This document shows positions 9,397-19,750 of a stretch of DNA of 64,000 nucleotides, piece after piece. The position numbers were made by a program, and so were the translations under genes. Location: contig JBNGCR010000004.1 of NCBI GenBank assembly GCA_050045915.1, forward strand, positions 1,354 through 65,353. The letters run 5' to 3'. Each line of letters starts with the position of its first letter. The stretch's first letter is position 1. The notes beneath the pieces are model-generated. The model saw only the letters and a program-made list of their open reading frames with translations. It did not search any database and was not told where the DNA came from. This DNA is from Limnospira sp. GTDB lineage: Bacteria > Cyanobacteriota > Cyanobacteriia > Cyanobacteriales > Microcoleaceae.

Positions 9397-9633
9397 AACT
9401 GACCACCCGTCATGCGTTTAGATAGTTGGATTGCCCGGAAGAGACAAACCCCCATTTTTTTCTATTGCTTCCCTTTGTTTCTCAGCCGATCTGATTGTTG
9501 GCTCGAATCGCAGACGCTGGGGGACAATCTCTGGCGAAGCGGATGCTAGGAATAAATGCTTACCACTTAATTCCTTTAAATCACCCTATCCCATTTGAGG
9601 ACAGAATGCAATCGGAGCGACGGATAATTTTTT

Positions 9634-10410
9634 TCAAAAGTGCCGAAGCTGAAGGTCGGCGTTGAAAAACTGCCGACAAATGCCGCCGGTTAACAGCCAA
9701 GTTGTCAGCAAATTGGCCAAAACTACGCCAAATAGAATCAAGATTTGATAAGAAACGGCATCTAAGGGTTCAATTCCGGCCAATAGCTGGCCGGTCAAAA
9801 TTCCCGGCAGGGTCACGGCCCCGGCGATCGCCATGGCGTTGAGGGTGGGGGTCAACCCGGCCCGGACCGCATCCCGGCGGTAGGAAGCAACGGCCCGTTC
9901 GGGAGTGGCCCCCAAACTGAGGTGGGTTTCGATTTCGATTTGGGAGGCGTTGAGGGTTTTGACCAACTGTTCCCCGGCCACCATCGCCGCGTTGAGACTG
10001 CCAGCCAAAAGCGCGGCTGCCACCGGAACCCAATATTGGGGGGAATAGATGGGATCGGGTCGGATGACGATCGCGACCAAATACAGCGAAATCGCCCCGG
10101 TACCGACCAGCAGGGACCCCCACACCCAAAAAAACAGCCGAGGAATTTTGCGGCCGATGCGGTTGCGGACGACCACCGCCACCAGGGAAATCATGGCCAA
10201 AATGAGGGCGATCGTTAACAAAGGGTGGATGCCGGCGGGGTCGAACACCACGGCGAAGACGTAGCCGACGACGGCCAACTGGGCGATCGCGCGGAGTCCC
10301 GACCCGGCCAACTCTCGGATCATCCCCAACCGCCAGCAGGCGGACAGGGCGATCGTCGCGGCGGCCAGTCCGAGTACCAGCAGCAAGTCTGTAAAATCTA
10401 AAGGAATCAA
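9634..10410 (-). CDS. fetB: UPF0014/FetB-type ABC transporter permease
   Basis: RAIAQLAVVGY, EIETHLSLGATP, GAVTLPGILTGQLLAG and AVSYQI motifs. Confidence 0.8.
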   Translation of the reverse strand: MIPLDFTDLLLVLGLAAATIALSACWRLGMIRELAGSGLRAIAQLAVVGYVFAVVFDPAGIHPLLTIALILAMISLVAVVVRNRIGRKIPRLFFWVWGSLLVGTGAISLYLVAIVIRPDPIYSPQYWVPVAAALLAGSLNAAMVAGEQLVKTLNASQIEIETHLSLGATPERAVASYRRDAVRAGLTPTLNAMAIAGAVTLPGILTGQLLAGIEPLDAVSYQILILFGVVLANLLTTWLLTGGICRQFFNADLQLRHF

Positions 10411-10452
10411 AATTCTGTTCGGCGACGAATTATCAATTTAATTTTAAGTGGT

Positions 10453-11604
10453 GTGAGCAGCGTGAATTCAATTCCCCCCCTCGACTTAACCCGACAGTAC
10501 GAAACCATCCGCGATCGCGTCAATACTGCCGTGCTGGACATTCTGGCTTCGGGACGCTACATCGGCGGGTCTGCCGTGGACTGTTTTGAGGAACGGTTCG
10601 CCGCCTATATCGGGGTCCCGGAAGCGGTGAGTTGCAACTCGGGGACCGATGCGTTATTTCTGGCGTTGCGGGCCTCGGACATCGGCCCGGGCGATCGCGT
10701 GATCACGACGGCCTTTTCATTTATCGCCACCTCGGAAGTGATAACCGCCGTGGGGGCGACTCCGGTATTTGTGGATATCGACCCCGAGACGTTCAATTTA
10801 GATCTCGACCAGGTGGAGGCGGCCGTCACCCCCGAAACCCGGGCGATCGTGCCGGTCCACTTATTCGGCCGGCCCGTGGATATGACCCGACTGATGGCGA
10901 TCGCGCGAAAACACAATTTGGTCGTCATCGAAGATTGTGCCCAGGCGACCGGGGCGACGTGGGAAGGTAAAAAAGTCGGTAGTTTCGGACATTTCGGCTG
11001 TTTCAGTTTCTTCCCGACCAAAAATTTGGGCGCCTGCGGGGACGGCGGTGCCGTGACGACCTCCGATCCGACCCTTGCCGAGAAAATCCAGGTGTTGAAA
11101 AATCACGGCCAGACCGGACGCTACAACTCGGAGGTGTTGGGGATCAACAGCCGGTTGGATGCGGTGCAGGCGGCGATTCTGACGATTAAACTGGACTATC
11201 TCGATCGCTGGAACGAGCGGAGGCGGGCGATCGCGACCCGTTACGGCCAATTGTTGGAAGCCGTCCCCGGCATCGTGCCCCCCCGGGACTGTGCGGGGGG
11301 CCGCAGCGTTTGGAACCAGTACACGATCCGGGTCGGGGGTGGCGATTCGGACTCGTCCCGGCGCGATCGCCTGCGGGAAGACCTGCAAAAACGGGGGGTG
11401 AGTACGATGGTTTACTACCCCATTCCCCTGCACCGGCAAGGGATACACCGGGACTTGGGTTATCAAACCGGACAACTCCCCGTTGCCGAACAAATCGGCG
11501 ATCGGGTGCTATCTTTGCCCCTGTTTCCAGAACTGTCCGAGGAACAGCAGGATCGCGTCATCTACAGTCTCAAAGATTGTCTCAAAGCGGTGGCGATCGG
11601 ATGA
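10453..11604 (+). CDS. DegT/DnrJ/EryC1/StrS-family sugar aminotransferase
   Basis: CNSGTDAL, VHLFG, IEDCAQA, FSFFPTKNLGACGDGG (PLP lysine) and NSRLD motifs. Confidence 0.93.
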   Translation: MSSVNSIPPLDLTRQYETIRDRVNTAVLDILASGRYIGGSAVDCFEERFAAYIGVPEAVSCNSGTDALFLALRASDIGPGDRVITTAFSFIATSEVITAVGATPVFVDIDPETFNLDLDQVEAAVTPETRAIVPVHLFGRPVDMTRLMAIARKHNLVVIEDCAQATGATWEGKKVGSFGHFGCFSFFPTKNLGACGDGGAVTTSDPTLAEKIQVLKNHGQTGRYNSEVLGINSRLDAVQAAILTIKLDYLDRWNERRRAIATRYGQLLEAVPGIVPPRDCAGGRSVWNQYTIRVGGGDSDSSRRDRLREDLQKRGVSTMVYYPIPLHRQGIHRDLGYQTGQLPVAEQIGDRVLSLPLFPELSEEQQDRVIYSLKDCLKAVAIG

Positions 11605-11758
11605 GATGTCGGGCTGTGTCGTTTTGTATACTATACTTAATAAAACGATAAAAAACATAACGAGCCGACGGCAGGGATCGGGCGTTCCCCCCCGCGATCG
11701 CACCTTCCCGCGCCATTCATCCATAACAAACTCAGCATTTTAAGAGGACAGACAAGGA

Positions 11759-13435
11759 GTGAATCCCCACCAACCCACCTCCAGACGAGTTTACGATCCC
11801 GAAGTTATTGCCGACCATTACCGTCGCCGCCCCTGGCAGGCGATCTGGCGAGTCATCACGGTCATCTGGTTCTTCTCCGGGTTTATCATCGGTCTACTCT
11901 GGGATCAGTGGCGACATCGGAAGGCGACGGAGACTCCCAAACGAGCTTCCCAACTGCGCCACATTCTCACCCACCTCGGCCCCACCTACATCAAAGTCGG
12001 CCAGGCCCTCTCGACCCGCCCCGACCTGATCCGGAAAGACTTTTTAGATGAACTGACCAAACTCCAGGATCAGCTTCCCCCCTTCGACACCCAAATCGCG
12101 ATGACGATTCTGGAAAAAGAACTCGATCGCGATCTCGATGCAGTTTTCAGCCAAATTTCCCCCCAACCCGTCGCCGCGGCCAGTTTGGGGCAGGTCTACA
12201 AAGCCCGACTCAACAGCGGCGAAGAAGTGGCGGTCAAAGTCCAGCGACCCAACCTGCTGCCAACCTTGACCCTCGACCTGTATTTGATGCGATTGGGTGC
12301 CCGTTGGTTCGCGCCGATCCTCCCCCTCAATTTGGGTCACGACCTCACCCTGATCGTGGATGAATTTGGCATCAAATTATTTGAAGAAATCGACTATATC
12401 AACGAGGGGTGCAACGCCGAACGGTTCGCCACCTATTTCGACGGCGACCCGACCATCAAAGTCCCATCAATTTACTGGAAATATACCACCACCCGGGTTC
12501 TGGTTCTGGAGTGGATCGACGGATTTAAACTCACCGATATTGATAGCATCGAAGCGGCGGGTTTGGATATGGATTCGCTGATTTTAATCGGTGTCACCAG
12601 CGGATTGAGGCAATTGCTCGAATTCGGGTTTTTCCACGCTGACCCCCACCCCGGAAACCTGTTCGCCATGTCGGACGGCCGGATGGCGTTCATCGATTTT
12701 GGGATGATGGATCAGTTGAACCAACAGACCAAAGAAACCCTGGTCGATTCGGTCGTCCACCTGATCAACAAAGATTACGGCGAATTGACTGCCGACTTCG
12801 TGAAGTTGGGATTTTTGACGCCGGACACGGATATTTCCCCAATCATCCCCGCTTTGGAGACGGTGATGGGGGATATCATCGGCGAGAGCGTCCGGGATTT
12901 TAACTTCAAAACCATCACGGACAGTTTCTCGGAATTGATGTACGATTACCCGTTCCGAGTCCCGGCGAAATTTGCCCTGATCATCCGATCGCTGGTGACA
13001 CAGGAAGGGATCGCCCTGAGTCTGAATCCGGACTTTAAAATCGTGGAGGTCGCCTATCCCTACGTCGCCCGCCGTCTGTTGAAAGGGGAAACCCCGGCCC
13101 TGCGGCGGCGACTGCTCGAAGTTCTGTTCAAAGACGGCCGTTTCCAATGGCACCGGTTGGAAAATATGATCGCGATCGCTCAGGCGGACGGCAATTTTGA
13201 CATCCTCCCGACGGCACAATTGGGGTTGCAATACCTGCTCTCGGAAGAGGGAAATTTCCTCCGCCGTCAAATCGTCCTCGCCCTCACGGAAGACGACCGC
13301 CTGCACACCGAAGAAGTCCGACGGCTGTGGGGATTGGTGCAGCAAGATTTGCAGCCAAGCCGCCTGTTTGACGCCGCTTTGGGGGCGCTGACGGAGTTTT
13401 CCACTGCCCAAGTCGCTGCCCTCAGAACTGAATAA
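11759..13435 (+). CDS. ABC1/AarF/UbiB atypical kinase
   Basis: LGPTYIKVGQALSTRPD, AASLGQVYKA, VAVKVQRP, FHADPHPGN and FIDFGMM motifs. Confidence 0.95.
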   Translation: MNPHQPTSRRVYDPEVIADHYRRRPWQAIWRVITVIWFFSGFIIGLLWDQWRHRKATETPKRASQLRHILTHLGPTYIKVGQALSTRPDLIRKDFLDELTKLQDQLPPFDTQIAMTILEKELDRDLDAVFSQISPQPVAAASLGQVYKARLNSGEEVAVKVQRPNLLPTLTLDLYLMRLGARWFAPILPLNLGHDLTLIVDEFGIKLFEEIDYINEGCNAERFATYFDGDPTIKVPSIYWKYTTTRVLVLEWIDGFKLTDIDSIEAAGLDMDSLILIGVTSGLRQLLEFGFFHADPHPGNLFAMSDGRMAFIDFGMMDQLNQQTKETLVDSVVHLINKDYGELTADFVKLGFLTPDTDISPIIPALETVMGDIIGESVRDFNFKTITDSFSELMYDYPFRVPAKFALIIRSLVTQEGIALSLNPDFKIVEVAYPYVARRLLKGETPALRRRLLEVLFKDGRFQWHRLENMIAIAQADGNFDILPTAQLGLQYLLSEEGNFLRRQIVLALTEDDRLHTEEVRRLWGLVQQDLQPSRLFDAALGALTEFSTAQVAALRTE

Positions 13436-13492
13436 AGACGATCTCAAAGTCCGGGACGGACTGTAGCAAAGGCCCAAGTTTTGGGTCTTTTG

Positions 13493-16400
13493 TTATGATG
13501 TCGGAGACTTTTCGGATGTCGAATTTTGCCAGAATTCGTAATCCTGTCGCAGTCGTGCGGGAAGCTGGGAGGGGTTTTGGATTTGGATTTGTTCGGGACG
13601 GTAATATAACATCGCCGCCATCAGGTAATGGATCGATCGCGGCACCTCCAAACCCCGCCGCAGGTAAGCCGCCAAGTTTTGCAGAAAATCCCATTCTTGT
13701 TGGGTTAATAATTCCTGTTGGAGGCGACTGTAAAGCAGCGATCGGTAGGCATCGCCCATGTCGCGATCGTAGGTTTTCTCTAGTTGTTCGTCCGGCAAAT
13801 TTAGCCAAAAATGCGCCATTTTCCACCGCAATTGTCGCAGTTCTGTCGCGATGCCGGCATCCGTCGGATCGATGTGAAACAGTTTCGTACAGCCGATCGC
13901 CCGATTGATAAATTGGGAATGGTCGAGTTGTATCGCTGCCGGTGAAAGTTCCTCGGCTATTTGGGGTTTCGGCTGCTGTTGGGCGGTGACAACCTGTTGA
14001 ATTTGAGCGATCGCTTCGGCATTTTCAAATATTCGTTGATAGTCGGGGTACAACCATCCCGGCAAGCGGTTCAAGGCATCCCTCACCAACATTTTACCGG
14101 GCTGACAGTACAGCATCACCACCATCAGGCAGTTGATAGAATTGGGTTGTTTCAATCCCGTCGCTGCCTTCGCCAGTTGGTTCACCAACACCTGTTCGGA
14201 GTCGGCGAGGGGTTCTTTCTGAATGCCGCGATTGAGAAGAATTTGATAACCTTTGCCGATGGGTTGTTGATAGAGAGTTTCGAGTTTTTCCGGCGGCTGA
14301 TTCAGCCAATATTCTGCCATCACCCGCCGGGTATGGCGCAATTTTTCCACCCCTTCCGCATTGGTCGGATCGAGATCGTATAAATTGACGCGATCCACCA
14401 ATTCAGCTAGAAATTGTTGGCGGACGGCGGGATTGTCTAACGCCACCGCCTCCTGCTGTCGCCGGCGGAGTTGGAACAGTTGGGCAAAAACGCCTCCCAT
14501 TTTGGTGGCGTAATCGCGACTGTCGAGAAATTCCGGATTTGCCGCCATTTTTTCGCGGATTTCTTGGCTTTTTTGCTGTCGCCACCCGCCATCAGTCGCC
14601 AACTGGACGGCGACATCGATGTAAGCTTGTTCGCTGGCGGGAATGGGTTCGTTGGGAAGCAGCGATCGCACCATTGCCGCCCCCATCCGCGATCGCAGCG
14701 TGTTCCCCTCCCACACCACTACCGGCAACCCCACTTCTAGGGGATCGACGAGGGAAGTTGTCCCGGCGTAGGGGAAAGAATCGAGGTAAATATCCCCCAA
14801 CTGCAACACGGCTTTGACTTGGGCTCGGTTGGGAAGTGCCTTGAGAATTTTCAACCGTTTCGGATCGATATTGTAGCGGTTGAGGAGGGCTTGCATTTGC
14901 TGTTGAAATGATACCTCCGGATATTGTTGCGTCCAACTCGCCCCAAACGGCAATAAGACTAAGACGGAATGGGGAACCGCTGCTAAAATTTTGACCCAAG
15001 TTTCTCGCAATTCGGGAATCAGTTTGTATAAATTCGCGCTGGAAATCAATGCGATCGCGTCGTCGGGTATTCCCAACTGTTGGCGGGTGGGAGGCGCGGC
15101 TGTTTTTTGCGGTTCGACGGTGTAGCTGAAACAGCAACCCGCCCCCGGAATTGTGACCCGTTTTTCCCGATACTGCTCGCTTCCGTCTTTCGGCAATTCC
15201 ATCAATTCCCCGGCGATGTAAAAGTCGATATTTTTGAATCCGGTGGTGACGGGAGAATTGAAACAGGTAAGTTGCACCCGCGCCAGCCGGTGACAGGCGA
15301 TCAGGGTGATTTCGTGGGTGACGGCGGTGATGTTGGTTCCCACCAATAAAATATCCAATTCATCCCCGCGAATGGTGTTGACTTGTTGCATCAGTGAACC
15401 GGACAGGCGGACGAATTTATCGGCGCGATTGCGGCTGTATTTTTCCACCGAATTACCGTCCGTTTGCAGGGCGTACAGCACTACTTCAAACTGTCCCCGA
15501 TCCAAATATTCAAAGGCGGGGAGGGTGGCGAATGTCTCCGTCATTGCCCCGAAATGCTTGTTCAAAATGCCGACGCGAATTCTTTGGCGATCGGGCGATC
15601 GCTGAGGGATTTCCCAGTCAATTTGAGCGCCCCGACTCCTCAGCGCAAACTCGATTATATCTCCCCGCAAGGTGTAAATTTCTTTGAGATTTTCGGTATT
15701 AAAATACAAGCTGATAACGCGACAATGAGTCGTGAAAAACCAGGCGATATTTTTCCAATTTTGAGAATCTGGGTTCGCGAAAATTGAGCGGTGTAAATAC
15801 CGCAGAAATTCCAGGAAATACTGGCAGTAGCGATCCGCTTCTCCCGTTTCCTGGAAAAATTCGGGATTGGAGAGGAGAAAATCCAAATAGTCCCCCGCCA
15901 ACCATTGGGGAAATGTCAGTTTTTCGTAGGCAATTGAGAGTTGATGGGGCCAGAAGTACAGCATCGCCGCGATCGCTGTTCTGTGGGAATAGTTGTGGGG
16001 GATCGCCCTCTTTATGGTTTGACTGTGGTGGATTTCCGAGTCGGTTTTAACTTCGTGTTTGATGCCACTTTTTAACAGCAATTTGTGCGCCTTTCCCGCC
16101 GCTCCGGTGTAATAGTTTGGGAGGGTTTGGGGGTCGCAATTTAACCAAAATTCGGCTAACTCCTGTCGCAACTGTCGCAGTTTATCCAAAAGGCTGCGAT
16201 CGCCACTTCCCCGGTTGTAGCGGTTCGCTAAATCCGTCACTTCCACCAAAAATTGGTCGGGATTTGATACAATATTGGCAGTGGAGCGAACGGGGTGGAT
16301 GACGATTCCCCGCTCCTTCAAAATCTCCGCCGCCTGACGCACTTCCTCCGCCGTGTATAAGTTGGGGTGAAGGGCGATAATTTTGGCTTTTTGGACGGCG

Positions 16401-19345
16401 AGGGTTTGGCGATCGGCGAGTAAGTTTTGCAGCCGCGAACCGTCGCCATATTGGCGGTAATACAAATAGGGTTTGGGGAGGCGATATCCCCGCCAGCCAC
16501 TTTCGTAAGCCGCCACCCAGAATTCCCAGTCTTCGAGTCCCGCCTCCATCTCCGTTTTGAAACCGCCGATGCGATCGCAAATCGATCGCCGAAATAGGGA
16601 CGTGATGCTGGCTTGATTGGACCGCAGCAGCCGACTCGGATCGAAATCCCCGTCGGTTTTGACTCCCTGCTGAGTTCCGAAATATTCGATATCGGTATAG
16701 ACGAACCCGATGTCCGGTTTTTGCTGCAAAATTTCCAGGGTTTCCGCCAGAAAATTGGGGTGCAACTTGTCGTCCGCATCCAAAAATAACAGGTAATTTC
16801 CCCGCGCCTGACTCAAGCCTAGATTTCGCGCCGCGACGACACCTTTATTGTCTTGATTGATGAGTTTTAAAGCGCGATCGCGGTGCAGTTCGATCAGCAA
16901 TTCAGCCACAACGGGTGTCCCGTCAGAACTGCCGTCATTGACGATGATACATTCCCAGTCGGCGATCGTTTGCGCCAAAAGACTATCGACGGCTTCCCTG
17001 AGATAATTCGCCTGATTGTAGCAGGGAATGATAATCGAAATTTGGGGAGTTGTGGGAGTGCCTTCACGCATAGAATCGAGTTCGCTTGGGGAAACGGGAA
17101 CCGGAACGGAAGTTGTCGGTTGGATGCCGCGCTGGGAAATGCCGTATTCGTGCCAAATCTGGCGCACTTCCTGAACCATTGCCGGCGATGAGTTTTCTAA
17201 ACCCTGGGGATGTTCGTAGTATAACCCAAAAACCTGCGGTAATTTCACAATTTTTTCCGTTTTGCCAACCCGCAGCCAAAATTCGTAATCCCCGGCGACT
17301 TGAAATTCCCCACGAAAACAACCATACTTTTCATGAAGGGATTTCCGCCACATCGGCTGCGGTCCTAAAATGCAGCGCCGTTCCAGTTCTTCGTAACTAA
17401 ATTCCGGCCAATCCCAGCGTCGGTTTGCTTGAGTATTATCAAAGGTTTCGTTTTCATTTTGGGTGATGAGTTGATCGCCATAGACGATCGCGACATTCTG
17501 ATTTTGATCCAAATAATCCGCCATCACTGCCAACGCATCTTTTCGGTGGCGATCATCGGTGTTGGCGTTGGTGATATAATCTCCTTTCGCTAATTTTATG
17601 GCTCGATTCCAAGCCGCGTAGAGGGTTTCCCTTGGTTCGGTGCGGTGATAAATAATGTGGGGATATTGGCTTTGGAAATCTGACGCGATCGCCCCCTCTT
17701 TTTCCTCCGAGGCACTGTCGATAATAATAATTTCCAATTCCCCGTTTTTATACAAAGTTTGACTCGTCAAATCGGCCAAGCATCCCCGCAGGAATTTTTC
17801 GGAATTGTAAGTCGAAACAATCGCAGAAACTTTCGGTTTCACTGGTAAATCATCCTGCAACTCCAGCCAATTTGGAATCGCGTCTCGGGCGATTTTTAAG
17901 GCTTGTTTCGCCAATGCGCGATCGTCAACTTTTTCGGCAGCTTGACTCAAATATCCCGCCACCCGTCCGCCGTCGCACCCCAATTGATAGGCGGCTTTAA
18001 ATTCCGCGATCGCCTCCAGATATCGCCCCTGACGCTGCAAAATTAGCCCCGTCCACAACCGTAAATAACCGTCACGAGGATAATAATTTCGGTAGTGAAA
18101 TAAACCCCCTCCTCCAGGATTACACAGTCCCGGAGAAGCCACCGCAATTTGGCGATCGCTTTTTAACTGTTCTGATAAATCATCAGATGTTAAACTCACT
18201 TTAAATTGAGGATCGGCATCTCCCAAACTCTCCACAAACAATGCTGCACCAGTTTTCCGGTTTCCCGGGTTTAAATAGTGTTTCCGTTTAGGAAACTCCA
18301 TTAACTGACGATAAGTTTGATTGATTTTTTCAATCGAAACCTCGGGATCGAAATGCTGTCTCGCGTATTCTCGCGCATTATTTCCCAGCCGCATCCGTTC
18401 CTCGGGATTGCGATATAAATACGCGATCGCCTCCCGATATTCCCGTTCGCTTTGCACCACCAAACCCGTCCGATCATGAATGACTAAATGCTTCACCCCG
18501 CCGTGGGGAAATACCACCGGAGGAACCCCCGCATACATCGCCTCTTGCAGACTTTTCTCGCTGGTTGCGTAGGTATCCTCAACCAGAGGATAGCCGAACA
18601 CGTCCAAAATTTCCAAAACCGATCGGATGTCTTCGACATACCCCCGAAACTCGAATTTTTCGGCGACTCCCAAATGATTCGCCTGCTGTTTGAGATGGTT
18701 TTCAATCCCGCCGCCGCAGACAATAAAACGGATGTCGGGAACTTCGACTCCCGCACTCATGGGGACATAATTTTGATGGAGTTTGGAGAAATCCACCGTC
18801 CCGATATACCCGACATTAAAAGTAGAATGGGGGCGGGGTTTAAACGATGCCAAACGACTAAAATCCGCAATTCCCGGAACCACACCGATCCGGTTATTTT
18901 GCAGCAAATCGGGGCGAGATTGGATGGCGGGTAAATCCAACGTGCGAGGCGTGGTTGCCAACAGAATATCCGAGTAATCGGTCAATTTTTTTGTGACGAC
19001 GTGGGGGGAGCGATCGCCCACCACTTTTAACCACACCAGCGACCGCATTTCCGGCAAATCTAACTGTAGAAATTCATAGAGTTCCGGACTGTTCCAAAAG
19101 TGAAAATGGACGATATCTGCCCATTCTATCTCACTTGTGATTGGTTCCAAATTGGGCTGTTGAATGACTTGCATTCCCGCCACTTCCGCCAATTTTACCG
19201 CCTCCGGCTGGGCGGGAGTCAGGGAAATTGTGCGATGATTTTGACCTCGTTTTTTGATGTGCGAATCTTTCGCGATCGCAACGACAGAACGCGACGCACC
19301 ACCCAATGAGAATCCTTGTAAAATATGTAAAATATTCATGTTCAT
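13493..19345 (-). CDS. Giant multidomain glycosyltransferase: GT4 - TPR-like - GT2 - GT2 - helical module - GT41 (SPINDLY/HMW1C-like) - two helical modules
   Basis: GT4: LDVFGYPL...SLQEAMYAGVPPV. GT2 domain 1: VSAIVSTYN...TNANTDD. GT2 domain 2: ISIIIPCYN...LFLDADD. GT41: RIRVGIL...SPVTTGFKNIDF...DIYLDSFPYAGTTSLVDPLEVGLPVV. ATG at 19345 preferred; the track ORF extends to 19387. Confidence 0.88.
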   Translation of the reverse strand: MNMNILHILQGFSLGGASRSVVAIAKDSHIKKRGQNHRTISLTPAQPEAVKLAEVAGMQVIQQPNLEPITSEIEWADIVHFHFWNSPELYEFLQLDLPEMRSLVWLKVVGDRSPHVVTKKLTDYSDILLATTPRTLDLPAIQSRPDLLQNNRIGVVPGIADFSRLASFKPRPHSTFNVGYIGTVDFSKLHQNYVPMSAGVEVPDIRFIVCGGGIENHLKQQANHLGVAEKFEFRGYVEDIRSVLEILDVFGYPLVEDTYATSEKSLQEAMYAGVPPVVFPHGGVKHLVIHDRTGLVVQSEREYREAIAYLYRNPEERMRLGNNAREYARQHFDPEVSIEKINQTYRQLMEFPKRKHYLNPGNRKTGAALFVESLGDADPQFKVSLTSDDLSEQLKSDRQIAVASPGLCNPGGGGLFHYRNYYPRDGYLRLWTGLILQRQGRYLEAIAEFKAAYQLGCDGGRVAGYLSQAAEKVDDRALAKQALKIARDAIPNWLELQDDLPVKPKVSAIVSTYNSEKFLRGCLADLTSQTLYKNGELEIIIIDSASEEKEGAIASDFQSQYPHIIYHRTEPRETLYAAWNRAIKLAKGDYITNANTDDRHRKDALAVMADYLDQNQNVAIVYGDQLITQNENETFDNTQANRRWDWPEFSYEELERRCILGPQPMWRKSLHEKYGCFRGEFQVAGDYEFWLRVGKTEKIVKLPQVFGLYYEHPQGLENSSPAMVQEVRQIWHEYGISQRGIQPTTSVPVPVSPSELDSMREGTPTTPQISIIIPCYNQANYLREAVDSLLAQTIADWECIIVNDGSSDGTPVVAELLIELHRDRALKLINQDNKGVVAARNLGLSQARGNYLLFLDADDKLHPNFLAETLEILQQKPDIGFVYTDIEYFGTQQGVKTDGDFDPSRLLRSNQASITSLFRRSICDRIGGFKTEMEAGLEDWEFWVAAYESGWRGYRLPKPYLYYRQYGDGSRLQNLLADRQTLAVQKAKIIALHPNLYTAEEVRQAAEILKERGIVIHPVRSTANIVSNPDQFLVEVTDLANRYNRGSGDRSLLDKLRQLRQELAEFWLNCDPQTLPNYYTGAAGKAHKLLLKSGIKHEVKTDSEIHHSQTIKRAIPHNYSHRTAIAAMLYFWPHQLSIAYEKLTFPQWLAGDYLDFLLSNPEFFQETGEADRYCQYFLEFLRYLHRSIFANPDSQNWKNIAWFFTTHCRVISLYFNTENLKEIYTLRGDIIEFALRSRGAQIDWEIPQRSPDRQRIRVGILNKHFGAMTETFATLPAFEYLDRGQFEVVLYALQTDGNSVEKYSRNRADKFVRLSGSLMQQVNTIRGDELDILLVGTNITAVTHEITLIACHRLARVQLTCFNSPVTTGFKNIDFYIAGELMELPKDGSEQYREKRVTIPGAGCCFSYTVEPQKTAAPPTRQQLGIPDDAIALISSANLYKLIPELRETWVKILAAVPHSVLVLLPFGASWTQQYPEVSFQQQMQALLNRYNIDPKRLKILKALPNRAQVKAVLQLGDIYLDSFPYAGTTSLVDPLEVGLPVVVWEGNTLRSRMGAAMVRSLLPNEPIPASEQAYIDVAVQLATDGGWRQQKSQEIREKMAANPEFLDSRDYATKMGGVFAQLFQLRRRQQEAVALDNPAVRQQFLAELVDRVNLYDLDPTNAEGVEKLRHTRRVMAEYWLNQPPEKLETLYQQPIGKGYQILLNRGIQKEPLADSEQVLVNQLAKAATGLKQPNSINCLMVVMLYCQPGKMLVRDALNRLPGWLYPDYQRIFENAEAIAQIQQVVTAQQQPKPQIAEELSPAAIQLDHSQFINRAIGCTKLFHIDPTDAGIATELRQLRWKMAHFWLNLPDEQLEKTYDRDMGDAYRSLLYSRLQQELLTQQEWDFLQNLAAYLRRGLEVPRSIHYLMAAMLYYRPEQIQIQNPSQLPARLRQDYEFWQNSTSEKSPTS

Positions 19346-19349
19346 CACA

Positions 19350-19703
19350 TTAATTTGACCGTTTTGCAGTTTTAATAGTTGATACAAGCATGGCGATAAT
19401 TTCTTTGCAGTCAGATTCTATGCTGGAAAACATTCTGTCGTCTATATAGTTTGTATCTTTGAGTAGAGAAATCCAATATTCAGTTTCGTTCGCTTCTTTG
19501 AGGGAGACGCTCATTTTATTGATAAAATCCGCCTTGCTTTGTCCAAATTCAGCTTCCCGAATCAATGCCCCAATCGCCGTACCACTTCTGAGAACCTGTC
19601 GGCTCAAAATAAATTCTTTTTTCTGTTTTTGTAGATATTGAGACAAGCGAACAATCCGAATTACAAACGCATAACTTTTATCTTTGAGAGGATTCTCCTT
19701 CAT
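19350..19703 (-). CDS. Four-helix-bundle protein (TIGR02436 / 23S rRNA IVP-like)
   Basis: KSYAFVIRIVRL...LSRQVLRSGTAIGALIREAEFGQSKADFINKMSVSLKEANETEYWISLL is the family signature. AT-rich. Confidence 0.9.
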   Translation of the reverse strand: MKENPLKDKSYAFVIRIVRLSQYLQKQKKEFILSRQVLRSGTAIGALIREAEFGQSKADFINKMSVSLKEANETEYWISLLKDTNYIDDRMFSSIESDCKEIIAMLVSTIKTAKRSN

Positions 19704-19715
19704 GATTCTCAATTG

Positions 19716-19750
19716 TTCATTTTTTATTTTTCATTTTTCATTTTTCATTT
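19716..19750. repeat. Heptamer tandem repeat (TTCATTT)n upstream of the four-helix-bundle gene
   Basis: About 4-5 imperfect copies read directly. Confidence 0.75.

Noticed and set aside
19350-19703. Diversity-generating retroelement suggested by the Avd-like fold of the four-helix-bundle protein
   Set aside because: No reverse transcriptase and no TR/VR pair with adenine-specific mismatches was seen nearby.
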